From contig NC_135657.1 in the NCBI RefSeq assembly GCF_964188315.1, positions 68,386,001 to 68,450,000 of the forward strand: a stretch of DNA of 64,000 nt. The letters run 5' to 3'. Both the position numbers and the translations under genes were made by a program. This document shows, one piece after another, positions 1 to 17,500 of the stretch; position 1 is the stretch's first letter; each line of letters starts with the position of its first letter. The stretch is from Podarcis muralis (taxonomy: Eukaryota). A model generated the notes under the pieces. The model searched no databases and was not told the origin of the DNA. It was given only the letters and a program-made list of their open reading frames with translations.

Positions 1-283
1 AGTGCTCACTGGAAGGACAGATCCTGAAGCTAAGACTCCAATACTCTGGCCACCTCATGAGAAGAGAAGACTCCCTGGAAAAGACCCTGATGTTGGGAAA
101 GATTGAGGGCACAAGGAGAAGGGGACGACAGAGGAAGAGATGGTTGGATAGTGTTCTCGAAGCTACCAGCATGAGTTTGACCAAACTGCAGGAGGCAGTG
201 GAAGACAGGAGTGGCTGGCGTGCTCTGGTCCATGGGGTCACGAAGAGTTGGACACGACTAAACGACTAAACAACAACAACAAC
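1..283 (+). mobile_element. Bov-B (RTE) LINE 3' fragment, cut by window edge
   Basis: Encodes the Bov-B ORF C-terminus ([26 protein letters not shown]...) and ends in ...cgactaaac(aac)n; same family as copies at 17114, 17740, 21256 and 24878. Confidence 0.9.
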
Positions 284-986
284 ATGCAGGACAAGGCACC
301 GGGTGTCAATTCTGCCTTTGAAATCCCAGTAATATCTGGGAAAATCAGGACGTATGGCAGTCTTAATTTATTTACAGACTCTATAAGTGACCCTTTTTTC
401 CAGGCACATCAGGGCAGTGAGATGCAAATTAGGGGTTTACTCTGAATAGGGCAAAAATTGGCTACAGCCCTCCACTTCCAGTGCTCCTACCATTCTATAA
501 TATTCATAAGCTGTGACATTTCACTAGTTGGGATCCCGTTTGAATTTAATTTTTAATTTAATATTGGACCGCTTTGAGCCCTTCCTCCCAAACAATTTGG
601 GGCCCCCTGAAACTGTTAGATCCTGCATTTAGGGAGAGATTACAGGGAATCGTAATAACGTCTGTCTGTCTTGCTTGTTTTATGACTCCGGTTTAAGGCA
701 CTGATCTGCTTCTTCAAAAAGTTCCAATTAGTGGGCCATGAAATAACAATTAGTTGATTTAACCCAACAAGTTCGTGCTTTGCTCCTCTCACGGCAAGTG
801 ACTTAGTGATTAATGGGTTTAATGGGCTGGCCTGTTTTTGATTTGTTCAATTCTAAATGCATTTAGTCCTTAATACTATGAAATCCATCTGCCTGCAGGT
901 TTATCTAGTCTTGTCTCCCCACACTGGGAAGAGAGGAGCTCTGAAGCTTCTTTCCCAATATTCAAGGCTGCTTTTGCAAGTGTTTT

Positions 987-1023
<37 letters not shown>

Positions 1024-2058
1024 TTATAATAACAAACATATTTTGTTTGTGATGCATTCACACAGGAATTGGGAAAAATTGGATTTGGTTTGTATTTAAA
1101 GCCAAACCTACCTAATTAGAGTTTTCCAAAGCAATATGCGTACCAAAATACATACAAACGTGCTTCAAAAATTTGCATTTGTCATAATTTTGCAATCCAG
1201 TTCTCCAGCCAAGTACAGTAATGTGTACCAAAAGGCATAACCTAGGATTAAATAAGCATATAAATGCATACATTACTGACAACCACCTACAAAATTGGAA
1301 TATATTTGGGAGAACTGATCTGTAAAAATGTCAGTTAGGTAAAATTGCATTTTAAAAATCTGTATGCCAAGAGAAATTCTCTCCAAGATGCTGATAAATT
1401 TTCACAAGAACTTTTTTAAAAAGCACACTAATATGGAAATGTGGACAACTGAACTTAAGATTGGAAAAATGAGAATCTGAAATGGACAGATCTGTCCATC
1501 CCTAAGGGATACTCTGTTCCAAAAACTTTATTGGGAATTCAGCATACATAAAACCACATCCACATTGATTTCAATTAATTATGTCACTTTGAGACTTCTT
1601 TGTATAATGTGACAAAAATACATAAATACTACTACTGATAATAATTATTCACAGGAGAAATTCAGTGAAAGCACAGAAGTCAGTGATCTTCATTCCTAAG
1701 CAAGGCAGCAATCCTAACCAAACTTACTTGAGAGTAAGCCCCATTGAATTCAATAGGATTTACTTTCAGGCAGAAATGGTTAGGGCTCACAGCTCAGCAG
1801 ATTATATCCAACAGGTGGAATGAGGAAGGCAATTTTCAGCATTTTCCCTGCCCCCCCCCCAATTTTTGCTCTCACCCACATAACCAAATATGGCTTTAAT
1901 TACAAATTACTAAAAAAAATACCCCCAAAATTTAGTCCTTATGTATCTTTTGTGAGTATAAACAAAGCAATTAAAAACATTTCAGTACTTCACACATTAA
2001 TTTAGTATTCCTTAGCCTTGGGTGCTTGTCCCCAGAAGCTGGAAGATAATTCCCATAA

Positions 2059-4244
<2,186 letters not shown>

Positions 4245-4620
4245 GAGTCATCTGCTCTTGAAACTGGGAACGAAGAAAACACACAAAATTGGCAAGTTAG
4301 CAAAAGATATACCCTCCATGGGAAACACTGAAGTTGAACACAACTTACTACTAACAACTTTCATTTCCACTTGTGTAACAAATACTGGGAGAGAGATCAT
4401 TATTTTTTTTCTACCACAAGTGAATAAATAAATCAAGCTCAGTCGAAAGTTGGCTCTGAAAGGCTTCATCTGCTATTTTGCTTCTATTTGAACTTTTAAG
4501 GTCTTTGTAGTTAAAACTGAAAACACAGAATTCCATCAACCGTAACAGTGGCTTTTCTGACTAAAATTCGTTACTCAACAAAATTTGTCCTGATATTGTT
4601 GTCTTTGTTTGTTCCCTATA

Positions 4621-4835
4621 CAGTGGTACCTTGGGTTACAGATGCTTCAGGTTACAGACTCCGTTAACCCAGAAATAGTACCTCAGGTTAAGAACTTTGC
4701 TTCAGGATGAGAACATAAATCGTGCAGTGGCAGCGGGAGGCCCCATTAGCTAAAGTGGTACCTCAGGTTAAGAACAGTTTCAGGTTAAGAACAGACCTCC
4801 AGAATGAATTAAGTTCTTAAACCGAGGTACCACTG
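4621..4835. mobile_element. Tc1/Mariner (Tigger-like) MITE
   Basis: TIRs cagtggtacct...aggtaccactg, flanked by TA on both sides (4619-4620, 4836-4837). Confidence 0.85.
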
Positions 4836-7800
4836 TACATCTTGATGCCTCTTGAGATATCATTGCCAAACTTAGCATGAGGGCTGCCAGGGTGGGGGTG
4901 GGACTCTTCATTCATGTTTGACACCACCTGCCATTTTGAATCAAGATGGCAGTTGAAGAATAAGGACTTTATAGGATTTGGTCCAAATGAATTTTACAAG
5001 ATTTTCTCCTGTCCCATCTGATTTTCCCAATCCCAAGTGGTATAGTTAAAAACTTAGTAAATTAAAATTGTAATGGCTCTGCATACCTACATATGACCGA
5101 GGGCAGGAAATATAAACTTACTTCTGAATAACCATGCATTGGGTTTGGTTGTAAGCCTTCCAGTAGAGATTTCTAACAGTGCAGTACGTGCTTCTGGTCT
5201 GAAAAGTTATTATAACTTATGAAGAAATACTGCAAGTTCTAAATTCAGAAGACACACACTGCCTTTGCAAAATACCTTTATTAGTTTTGTATTGTAGCAT
5301 TTATAGTAGTAACATCCCCTAATATTGCATACTGTTCTTATTTGTAAGTTTGTTCAGTTAGAGCCTCTAGTGTGTCTTTAAAGATGCAGTATTGATCAAA
5401 TTACAAATGAATGTTCAAAAACACAGTAACAATAATGACTAAGAACAACTCTTATTGGAGATGTGAATCTTTGTAGCAGTTTCATAATCTGTATTTTTTC
5501 AAACATATTTGCAGGTTAATAAGTTAATAAGGTTCAAGCAAATAAATCAATCTGGAATCAAATGTAAAAGTAATAATTATTTTCTGTTAAACAATCCAAC
5601 TAATAATCATTTTCTAAACGTAAACCAATCATTGAATGAATGCCCATTATTTTGTTACCACCCTTTTAAAAAGGCAATACTATAAATGTAATAGCAAAAT
5701 GAATAAATTATTCAATGATAAAAGTGCAGGGACCCAAACACAAAACAAAACTCAGATATGGTTTCGTATCTGAAATAAATACTTGGCATGGTTGCATAGA
5801 CTGAGGTCATGTCAAAATGAGGCATTTATGTGAGAATCACACAACCTGCACCAGGGAAACACCATAATGGTTTAATTATACAAATTCAAAAACCCCAAAC
5901 CATTTTGGATTGACTACTAAATCCAGGAGACTACAGTTGCCACTCACACGTGTTCTGATAAAAGGTTTCACCTCCAACATCCCTCTATTAAGCATCAAAA
6001 CTTCTCAGTTTCATGCATAAGAGTGAATTTGAAGTTAAATCAAATACTGGTATTTAAAAGATCCAAATTAACCATATAAAACCGTACAGCTTCAGCAATG
6101 ATTCTCGGAAGTTTCCAAATTCATGTTATAGACTAGACTCAAAGAGACATATTTCCAAATTACACATTAAATTCATTTGTCTCTACTATTTCTATTTCTT
6201 CTACGGTTTGTATAAAGTCTTGAGTTTGGCTCAGATGTAAATGTTTTGATGATAGTATCTACTGAATTCTCCAATTAAGAGCAGGCACAACTGGCAATTT
6301 TTGTAATATAGCAAAACAATGGGATACCCTGTCAACCCTGAACATTTGTTTTTGTTTTTTTTTAAATTCTAGAGCAATTCTGATAAATTTATCTTTTTTA
6401 CTGACCACTTTCATTAACCTGTGAAAGTGAATGAATGAATGAATGATATAAGACACTCAGGACCAACATTTCCTATTCAAAAAGGGGACAAATTCACCCT
6501 TATATCAAGTGTTACCTGTTCAAAGCTACAAACAGAATTCATAGCTAGCTGCACAATTCTTCTCCCGACGATACATTTGATTTCCAGCAAGCATTCCTGC
6601 ATTTCCCCCCTAGTTGTACCTCACTATCTTTACATAAGCTACAGCTATTAATATTACAACACATCCACTGGCAAACTTTGACTCCATAACCCTTTAGAAG
6701 TGGATATTGCTGCTACAATGCCTTTGTGAACCTGGCTACAGAGACCTGTGCGCATCACAGAAGGCTAGGCATGTATCTGTTACTGCACTTGCAGTTCTCA
6801 CAACTATGGAGAGCAAAAGTCTCCCAGGGGATGGAGCAAGATGTATGTGAGATACGGAAGTGTCTAACAGCCGACCGGTACTCTGAGCTGCTTCACGCAT
6901 AAATTCCTCACAATACGCATCTGCCACTGAAGGATAATTTTTCAATAGCTATGCAAGATGCCTAAGCAACACAGCTGCTTTGTCTCCACCCAGCCTGGCT
7001 ATGGCAGGTCCTTGCATTGATCATGCTCATAGGACTGGAACAGAAGACGGAAAGATCAAGATTTAAACTTTTAACATATGAATTTGTTTGCAGGTACAAT
7101 ATAAAGAGCCCCCTTAGATTTTGGAGTGCATCTATTTTTGCTTTTGTTTAACATTACACAATACTATGAAAAAAGGCAATCAACTGCAATTATATACAAG
7201 TTGTTTTATATATGTCACACAGATCAATACATTTGTGGTAAGCAAAATTAACCGGAGTCCTTTAATTGTGCTACCAAATAAATAAATAAATAAATAAATA
7301 AATATCCATGTGGATTCAAACCTAGCGACAAAATGGGTCTCTGGGTCTGAATTCAGGTTATTTTTTAAATTGCCTGGCATCATATCATTTAAACACTTTG
7401 CATAAATTGTCAGAGAAATTTGCATACTCAAAACACCTACTATCGCATTTACAGTGAAACCGATCTTTATTTCAATTAACTGAAAAATATGTTCTCCCAA
7501 TATAGCACGGCTGCAAACCGGAAATACTCTGACCGGTCTGTTGTTGTTGGTTGTTTTTTTTTAAGCCCAAAAAGTCGTATGAGATGCATTAGTGTATTTG
7601 GGTCAATGTAACACATGGACTGTGTGTAAATAAAGCATGTAATCATTGTTTCAAGAAAAGAGAATATTGCAGTTTCACACTTTGGTAGCATTTAAGTTAC
7701 AACATACAGAGAAGCCTTCCCTCATCCTCGCAAGAACACAGAGGTCATTGCAAGGCAAACTAATTTTTAACCATTTTGTAATCAGGTTGCCAACTGACCA

Positions 7801-8659
7801 AAAACAGCCTAGCCTGCTCTCATGCCTATTAACAGCAACTTGATGCACAAAAATCAGCAGGTAATACATTTCACGGCATGGAGGCAAACATTATCCCACT
7901 GCCCATCTAGCTGCTGTTGAAGGAGCCAGCTGAACACTTGGCAAACCTATTTGCAATACCACTGAAGAAATAAGAGGAAGAGGGAATTTTGCTGACATGG
8001 CTAGGTAAGGGCTATATAAATTACAAAGCTACCATCCCTTTTCACATAGCAGAAAAACCATTTTTTCCTACATGACAAGGTTATGTCATGTAACCAGCAG
8101 TGCACCCCAGTAAGTGTTATGCTTTTAAATATAAATATATTTCATCAGTTTATCACAAAGTATCACGCATAAAACTATATTCCCCACTATTTAAATAAAT
8201 AACGTTCACATTCTAAGCTTAGCTTTTACTAGGAGCTCATATATACGTCAGTTCTGAAACATCTTTCTTGCTCCAACGCAAAGAGGTAGATTTAGTGTAG
8301 AATGGGCACGTGAACCCTACAGCCAAAATTTAAAATATCAACAGCTGTTTATGCACAATTTTGCCTATTTAACAACTGCTTGAAAACTCAGCATCAGTTT
8401 CCAATGTCTTACTGAGGTCACTATTCAAGCCTTATTCTAAACTTTCAGTTGTGATTAGTCGGTTTTTCTGCACGTAAGACAATGGAAACATACACATATA
8501 AAAAAGAATGAACCAATACTTGTGTCTGACACAAAAACACATAAATGCACGAGTTTGCTTCTTCATCCGTCTCCAGCAAAACATTTCCACCTTTCCTGTC
8601 TTTGGCCCACAAATGGAGGCTACCATGATGAGCTACTGATTTTGCTTTAAACTGAATGG

Positions 8660-8853
8660 TTACAACTGGAATCCCTCCATTGGAGCTTCCTGCTGCTGGA
8701 ACAAAAACTGCTGTTCATTTTCATCCACTGGTGGTACAATATTGGCATCCTCTTCTTCCACACCAAAGTAATGTTCAATAAGATCAAAAGCTTTTTGGTA
8801 GATCTCCTGGTTTTCATGACTTTGAAGAATTTCAATTTTATCTAGTCCTAAAT

Positions 8854-8902
<49 letters not shown>

Positions 8903-11545
8903 CATGTGGTTTAAGATGTACATACTTTCTTAAACAGCTAAATAAACTGGCCATAATACGTGAGGATCACGTGAGTAGGCTGCAGAGAGGAAAAGCTAAG
9001 TTCTAAACGCACCTGTAATATTTCCTGAACCTAAGGCTTCAATCTACAATAGAGTTACTCCAAAATAATCTCACTAATTTAGACGGACTACTCGAAATGT
9101 GCTTGTTACGGACTGCAGGCAGCACGCATGCCCCCTTGCATACAAAATAGTATTTCTCTCAAATATCTACCTAGTAGACAAGAAGTGAGAAATACACAGA
9201 TCAGTGGTTGCTTACACTGATAAAACAATGTACAGTTACACCCAGTGGATGATATCCAATGAAATCATACTCAGAGCGGAGCCCTCAAAGCCTTCAATCT
9301 CAATGGGTTTACTCTAGAGTATGACTAACACTGAGCGTAACCCACTAAACAAAATCCTCAGTTTGAAATGTTAGTGCACTCAGTGCATTATAATTGGGCT
9401 TCCACATTTTTGTACACCACTGCTGCTCTCTGGCAAGTGTGAGAAGCAACTAGCCTGCCTACCAACCACAGAGCTGCCTGGGTATTCTCCACCTCGAAGA
9501 CAGGAGAGGAAAGCCTGGGGCTTAGTGCCTTGGTTATATAGCTGCCAGACCAGCAGACTCCATGCCAATCTTCTTGCAGGGCAGGCTGATGGGCTGCTTC
9601 CCAGGCTGCTCCAAGTTGATGCACTAGCACACCTTGCCCTGGAGCAGCCAAACCAGCAAGCCACCTACAGGAAAAGCAGATGGAGCACTAGCATGCGCTG
9701 GCCTAAAATAGGCCTTAGCAACCACAACTGGCTTGGGCAGAAAAGCCAGCCAAGAATTATGACCTTCAGTTGTTACATCTTTTTAACAGCGAGCTCAAAT
9801 ATACAAGAACTCCCTTCAGGGCGTTGTTAAGAAATTTGCAATCCTCTCCTAAAGATTCACAAAGAAGGGTAGATTACGTTGGGACATGTAATATTAGGAA
9901 TGCTTCCAAATTTGGAAGATTTGGTTCTGCCTGTGATTCTATTGCTCACTAGCTCAATTCTACTGCTTACTGCTTACTGCTTACCTACTTACATAACTGC
10001 AACCACTTCAGAATTTTTCTTAGTTTATAAAAAATACTCTTCTGGCCAACGTGTGGGACCTGATCTCACTACAGAAATTAGAGTCCTCTTGCCCACTCCT
10101 ACGCATGTTTACTCAGGATTGTCTCTGTGTTCAATGGGGAACAGTCTCAAATAAAACTGCATAGGGCTGCTGCCCTAATTTCTAAACAAAGATTTCAGCA
10201 GAACAACAGTAACCCAGCTATTCAGTGGAATTATTTTATACTGGTAATAGGCTTGCAGCATTCACACCACAATTTCTTACCATACGCTTCCTCTATACGG
10301 GCACAGTAAGGATTAACCCCAATCCCATTTTGCTTAGATTCTTGCTCTCCATGTCGCAGAATGTTTTCAAGTCCGTTCAATGCCACCTGAACTATTTTAG
10401 AATCCATCACAGTCAGAAGATCGCAGAGAGGCTTGGTACAGCCTAAAGCCACCAAATAACTTTGGTACAGTAGGTTAAAAAAAGACAGAAAGAGAGAAGA
10501 GGCTTGGATCAGTATTTATTTGATGCAACACTGCCCCAGGATAGATGCATGAAGATACTTTCGCAAAACTTGACTTTTTAGAGCATATTCCTGTGTATGT
10601 ACACACACATTTTAATACATGAAATACATACACACACACACACACACGTGCACAAGCACACACACACATTATATCAATTAGCTATACTTCTACAATGAAA
10701 GCCATGTTGATTTTAGCTCTCCTTTCTGCATAAATCTAAATAAATTATAATTTCAAGTACTAGAAACACAGAAAAGTATTCATGGCATTGTACAATAGTT
10801 TAGAAAATGAACAGGGGAAAGTCAAAATATCCACTCCCTTCACCTATGAATCAATTGCAATCCATTACCTAATCTGTTCAGGAGTCCCTCCTGATGTTGC
10901 ATTAGTGATGGCCCATGCTGCTTCTTTTATAGTGCGAAATTCAGCTTTCTGAAGAATTTCAATCAATACTGGAAATATATTTGCATCTATAACAGCCTAG
11001 GAGAAAAAGGAAAAGTGGAACACTGAAGTATAGCTTAAAGTCAACAAACTAACCAGTGAACTTAACTGAAAAGTACATTTTAAATGCATTCCTTGAAAAG
11101 ACACAGTGATCATTTTTCTGGAAAAGGAAAATGACCCCATTTATGAAAAATGACTTTATGAAAAACTGGCAATTTATGCTTAGCAAGTCGTCCGTAACAC
11201 TTTGCTTACTTTCCCCAGAACACTGGCAAGTTCAGAATGGCCTTTACACAAATCTCATTCAGATAATAAGCCATGGGAATTTTAGTTTCTTGGGAGAAAT
11301 TGGCAAATTGTATCTTACCCAAGAATACTCCTGTTTGTTTGACAAGCAGTGAACTGGATGTTGTCCGCTGTCATTTTTATCTAACAGACAACTGACTTTG
11401 AAAACTGCCCCCAAATTGGAGTACAAGTATCAACACTTCCCCAAAGATGAGGGTGTGACCTGGAGCTATGCCAGCATGACCGTTTGAAGCAAGGGTTAAT
11501 TTTTTTTCAGACTGAGGGCCTTACTGAAGGCTGCAAACCCCTACA

Positions 11546-11586
<41 letters not shown>

Positions 11587-14500
11587 CCTCTCCTCCTATC
11601 TCAGAAGGTTTGCCACCCCTGATTTAAAGGCAATCATGAGTACATTCCTTTGATATAATGCAGTGTTTGTTAAGATGTTCAATCTAAGACCCTCCCCATA
11701 CATTCTGGGGTATATATCCCAGCTATTCATCATAATTCAGCATGTGGAAGATACAAAGATTTGCATCAGGAACAGATGGAGAAGTAGTTAAGTAAAGGCA
11801 AATATAACATGGTCCACTGCTATGTCAGCACTGTCAGAAAGACCCAAATATATTACCTGAATTTGGCCTCTGTTTCCTGCAGTAATATTAGAAACTGTCC
11901 AGCAAGCTTCTTTCCGTATAGATTCCTTGGGACTACTCAGCAAATGTAAGAGACAGGGTAATGCAGAGCAATTTAGAATTACCTAAAATAATTTGAAAGA
12001 TGAAAAGTTCTGCCTAAGCAGTGTATAATCAAATGTAGTCCATATATCCAAACACAGTCCATATAGTTGAAATAAATGTTCACATGTATGCTTACAATTG
12101 CAGTTATTTTTAAATATTATAATGCCATATGCAGTATATTTACAGAAAAAGTTACGATCATATGCTTTTGAAAAAAATGTGCTATTTAAGATCCCAACAA
12201 AGTCACAAGAGGCAATATACAGCGGAAATGGAGCACAAAAACAGAATGGTAGTTTTAGCTCTTACAGAAAATCTGACAGAATCTCATTACTACCTAAATT
12301 GAAAGAGTTGGCTCTGTCAGCAAAAGAATTACAGTGGTGACCCACAAGACGAATGCCTCGCAAGACGGTATGAGTGTGGAGAGGCGAAGAGCAGGCCAAG
12401 CTATAGCATACACCATAATTATGGTTAATAATCTTCTTGTACACTTGTACAGGTGCCAACACCTTCTTAATTTGTACTTTGCCATAAAACCACCAAGGTC
12501 TGCTTTTAATGATGCCCTGCTTTAAAACATTCAGAATGACAAAAGTCTGACCTCAGCCACAGTAACTTTAGCATATAACTGCATTCCTATTAATTGTTGC
12601 TATTCTTTAGTTTCTAACTTAGTGAAGCAATAAAATACTCATTTCAGTGAAATAATGTCAGTTGCTGCAAAGAATATGGCTCTTTGATTGTTTAAGGACA
12701 GTTCTTCTGCAAGACAGGCAGATTTCCCCTCGACTATACATAAGCCTGGATAACATTCCATCCATTCAATCAGCACCATCTATATCTATTGCAAAATAAT
12801 AGCAAAGTATACTGTTGCAATCTCTTTAAAAAAAAAAACAACAACCCAAAAAACAAAGTTAAGCCATTACACGTTGCCACTGAAGTTTTTCAAAAAGCTC
12901 CACTGACCTGTGTTTGAATATCATCACCAGTAACAATATTTCCAACTGCTCTTAATGCAGGCGATACCACTTTGTAGTCATTGTGCCTGGGGAAAGCAAA
13001 AGCACATAGAGCAGGTTAAATTATTCTCAGACCCTAAAATAGATCACCGTATTTTTCCGTGTATAAGACTAGGGGTTTTTTACCAAAAAATTTGGTTTAA
13101 AATTGGGGCTCGTTTATACATGGGTAGTGCTGAGGGGTGTTTTCTTAATTTGGAGTCCCCCAAAATAGGGGGTATCTTATACATGGGTGCGTCTTATACA
13201 TGGAAAAATACGGTTATTTGTTTGGATATGTCACATCATGCAAGTCTCAGACACAGACAAGAATGGATGATTGAACACACAAGCTAAACCAGCAGCTGTT
13301 TGGATTATGGCTTATTATCAATTTATATACTAAATTCCGGTGTTGAGTTATAACAGCTCTTTAGCCCAGAAGGGGCTACTGAGATATAAGGTAAAGGTTC
13401 TGATATGTTTGGGGGAACCCCAGGATTTACTGGGGAGGTGGGATGGAAAACATGTTGAATATCTGTTAGGAGAGAAAGAGAAAACCAGGAGGAAGGGGGA
13501 ATGGAATTGAGTATCCAGTCTGCATGGCTGGCACAGAAGGAGTTCCCACTGCAACAGTTCCTTTCAGGTCCCACTTGTACATTCAAATAACAAACTCATT
13601 CAGTGCTATTTCTTACATAGCCAAGACAGTACTATCTACACACAAGAGTGAAGGGTTGACAGGCTGGCAGGGAACTCCAAAGTATGTAGAAGTACAGAAG
13701 AACATTTTTTGCGGGGTGGGGGGGAGGAGGGAATAAAGCAGGAAAATCCACAAAAATAGCTGAATGAGGATTAAGCATACTTAGGGGACACAGAATGCTG
13801 ACTGTTTGTGGAGGGGGAAGACATGGTGTACCTTAGAACGGGGCAGGGGGGGGAATAGCCCTCCACACGGCAACATTTTGCTTCAGGTCCTATTGCTTAT
13901 ATTGCCTATTACAACATAAATCCAGTTTTTGCTAATAGATAAAAATAAACTGGACTGGTTATATGCCTCTCAAATATCTACACTCTACAAGTTCCTTTCT
14001 TAGCATCTGGCAGAGTTTCAAATGTGCCACAGAATATTTAAGATAATGCAGAGGAGGAAAGGTTGGTGCTGTGACAATCACTGCAGATGTATTGGGTGGG
14101 TGGGGGAATCATAAAGGTCCTAAGGACAGAGGGAAAACTGTCGGGTTACAGTGGGGTACAAAAAGACTACATTACTTTGACACATTGGTTTGAGAACACA
14201 ACTGTTGATATCTTTGGCTGCAGATTCCTAGTATCTTAATTCTTCTATTAAAAAGGGTCTTACATCAGAAGTTCTACTAATCTTCGGCAGACTCCAGAGT
14301 CAATAACTGCTTGGATTTTATCGTTTGGTCCATCGGATAGGTAAGAGAGGGCCCAGCAAGCATCTGCTAATACATCTGGGTCGCTGCTAAACAACAGTCT
14401 TGACAAAACACCTAAGCAAAGACGAACCTTCAGGAGTGTAAAAAGAAGAAGAAAAGGCACGTTATCAGAAATGTCCTCTTTTTAGAAATTTCATATCTGT

Positions 14501-17500
14501 TGCAAGCAGCTTTCTAAAGAGTTGAAACCATTCCTTTGGTATTAGTTCAGTTCATTCCACAACAAAACAGTCTGACTAAAAATTGACCCAACAATTAAGA
14601 CTGCAGAAAGGTTGGTTTGTATTGACTTTGCATGAGGAAATACATTGTTTTAAAGCAATTTATGCCTTTGACCATTATAGCACCTCACAGAGTAGAAATT
14701 AGACTCTACCTTGCTGAAATCAGGAGGTGGGTTCTTGCCTCTACAGAGGTTTGAAAGTGCCCAGACTGCATTTCTAGTCGTCGTAAGTCTGTTTGAATGT
14801 GTTAGCAGTCTGTCAAGAAAAACAAACAAATCTGAAATAGAATACAGCATCTAAATTACATAAATTGTGCTCAGCAGTAAGTGCCATTGAGTTAAATGGG
14901 TTTTACAGGAAGATGTGCATGGGATTACAGCCTTAATTATTCATAACAGTTTTCAGGCTAACCTTTTAAAACCTGAAATTAAGCCTAGCTATTTCCAAAG
15001 TTTAGACATGTATAAAATTAATATTTATTGCCAGAGATTATCAGTACTTACTGTAAGAGAGGGGGAAGTATTCCACAGCTTAACACGTAATCTCTACATT
15101 CTGCATTGTCTCCAGCAATATTACCAAGAGCCCACACTGCCTTAGAAACAAAGGGTTAAATTAACATTAATACATTTTAAAAGTCTTTAACTGCAACTCT
15201 TGTACACTGCTGTCTTCACATTACAGAATTAGCATTTTTTTAAAAATAAAATAAAATAAAACTCAAGAACATATGACAAGAAGCTATGACCTAAATTAAG
15301 CTTACTTCAATTCAAAATCCTTTATTAGGCATATCGCATCTCACATTAACAAACAAACATCATATACAGACTGTATAAAATACGGGCTCAGTGAACACAA
15401 TTTAACCCAGTCCTATTCTTAACTCCAAGAAATAAATCGATGTACATACATAATATAATACAACACAGCAACATCACCTACCATTAAAAACCACTAAGTC
15501 TCTTTACCATGGCCCACTCTTTCTTCATGGACAGCACTTAAAAATTCAGCCGTTATTAAGGTAATTTGATCATCGCTGTCCGCCAGCAGGTCCTGGACAG
15601 TTGGTTGTGTAAAAATCTGTCTATTAAATTTTAGGGCCTCAAATAATTGTCCTCTGGCAATTAAGCTTACTACGATAAAAAAATGGAAAGCGCCACCCTA
15701 AGAGTTTACCTCTGCAGCTCAATCTGTTGTAAAGTTGCAACAGAATATAATAAATTAGGCTGCTCGGTCCCAGCACAACAACGGCACCTATATGCCAGGA
15801 CCATACACAATCCCAATAGCAAAGGAGCAGTCACTGAAAGAATGAATGTATCAGAAGCTTATAATTGCCATGGATAACTAGCTTGCCAGGGGTATGGAAA
15901 TCTCATAATACACAGCATTGTCCAGGTACCTACACTGCATCCCAGGGGCCATTCAAGTGGTTCAGCATGTGCCTATTTTACTGGAGACAACTATCAATGG
16001 AGAGTGGCTAAAGCTCCATAAAAGTAAATAAAATTAGCGTGCTCTATCAGGCAGAGAAAAGTTTGTTTTGCCTGAAACAATTCATTTCTGCACGAGAGGC
16101 TGTGGTTAAGTAACTTAAGTAAGATTTGTAACCACAGAACCAACCTTGGCTGCAGATCACGGTTAAGGGTGAGAAGCCTTAACCACAATCCCAGCTTCTA
16201 TCAACCCATTAAGCAAAACTCTGTGAACAAGACTCAGGCTTAGGAAATTAACTCTAAGCCACAGTTTAACATTACTTCGAAACCAGATCAATGTGTTGGT
16301 GCCAGAAGTTACCTGTTCCTGGACATCTTCATGTTCAGAGTTCAGCAACTTGATAAAAATTGGGACAGCTCCGGTCTCGATTACCACTTTGGTGTGCAGA
16401 AATGTCCCAGATGCTATATTTGTAAGAGCCCATGCTGCTTCAAACTAAAAGACAAAAATATAGTTAAATTAAAAAAACTGTAAAATATGGATTAAGATTA
16501 AGAACATAGGAATAACCTGCTCATCACAGTGGCCAACTAGATGCCCATGGAAATTCAGCAAGCAGAACCGGAGTACAACAGCCCTCTCTCCCATCTTATT
16601 TCCTAGGTACAAAATACATTCTGTAACCACATTTTCCATTTCTTGTGATGAAATAAGCCAACATTTTATTTTGAAAGTATATTATTGAAAATAAGTAATG
16701 TTGGACTATGATCAGAGAAATATGGGTTGAAATTCCTGCTCAGCCATGAATCTCCCACTGCTAGTCTTGGGCAAATCACTTTCTCGCAGCCTCACAGGAT
16801 TGTTAAACTGAAACTGATGTATGTGGATACCCTTTCCTGAATGGTGGGAGGCAGATGTAATAGATAAATAGAATAAAATTATTTCACAAGTAGGCTCTGT
16901 GGAAGAAGCAAAGACAGACCATGGCAGCTGCATGAGCAGCCAGAGGTCCAGTCCAATGTTGCCGCCACTTACATACCACTTTACAGTGTTTGTGTATGCA
17001 TGTTTTGACATGTGTACAATGAAACATTGGGATATCTCTCAATGGAAGTATTCTGCAAAGCTGCCTCGTAGATGTACTCGGGCACAGATCACAATCTCTC
17101 TCCCACAACCAGTTGTTGTTGTTTAGTCGTGTCCGACTCTTTGTGACCCCATGGACCGGAGCACGCCAGGCACTTCTGTCTTCCACTGTCTCCCGCAGTT
17201 TGGTCAGACTCATGCTGGTAGCTTCGAGAATGCAATCCAACCATCTCGTCCTCTGTCATCCCCTTCTCCTTGTGCCCTCCATCTTTCCAAACATCAGGGT
17301 CTTTTCCAGGGAGTCTTCTCTTCTCATGAGGTGGCCAAAGTATTGGAGCCTCAGCTTCACGATCTGTCCTTCCAGTGAGCAACCAGTATCCCTCCACAAT
17401 GCAGAGGAGAGGACTAGAAGCATGTGCAAAAAGCAGAATTCAAATCCTTATTTCCTGATCTCTAATGCAGCACTATTGCTCGTTGCACGACTGCATCAGG

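Noticed and set aside
57-269. Repeated '[15 protein letters not shown]' / 'MDQSTP' ORF family at several positions
   Set aside because: Bov-B 3' fragments and their antisense frames, not a host gene family.
1090-1505. AT-rich segment resembling the reverse complement of ~52750-53200
   Set aside because: Probably two old copies of one DNA transposon family; ends and TSDs could not be defined by eye.
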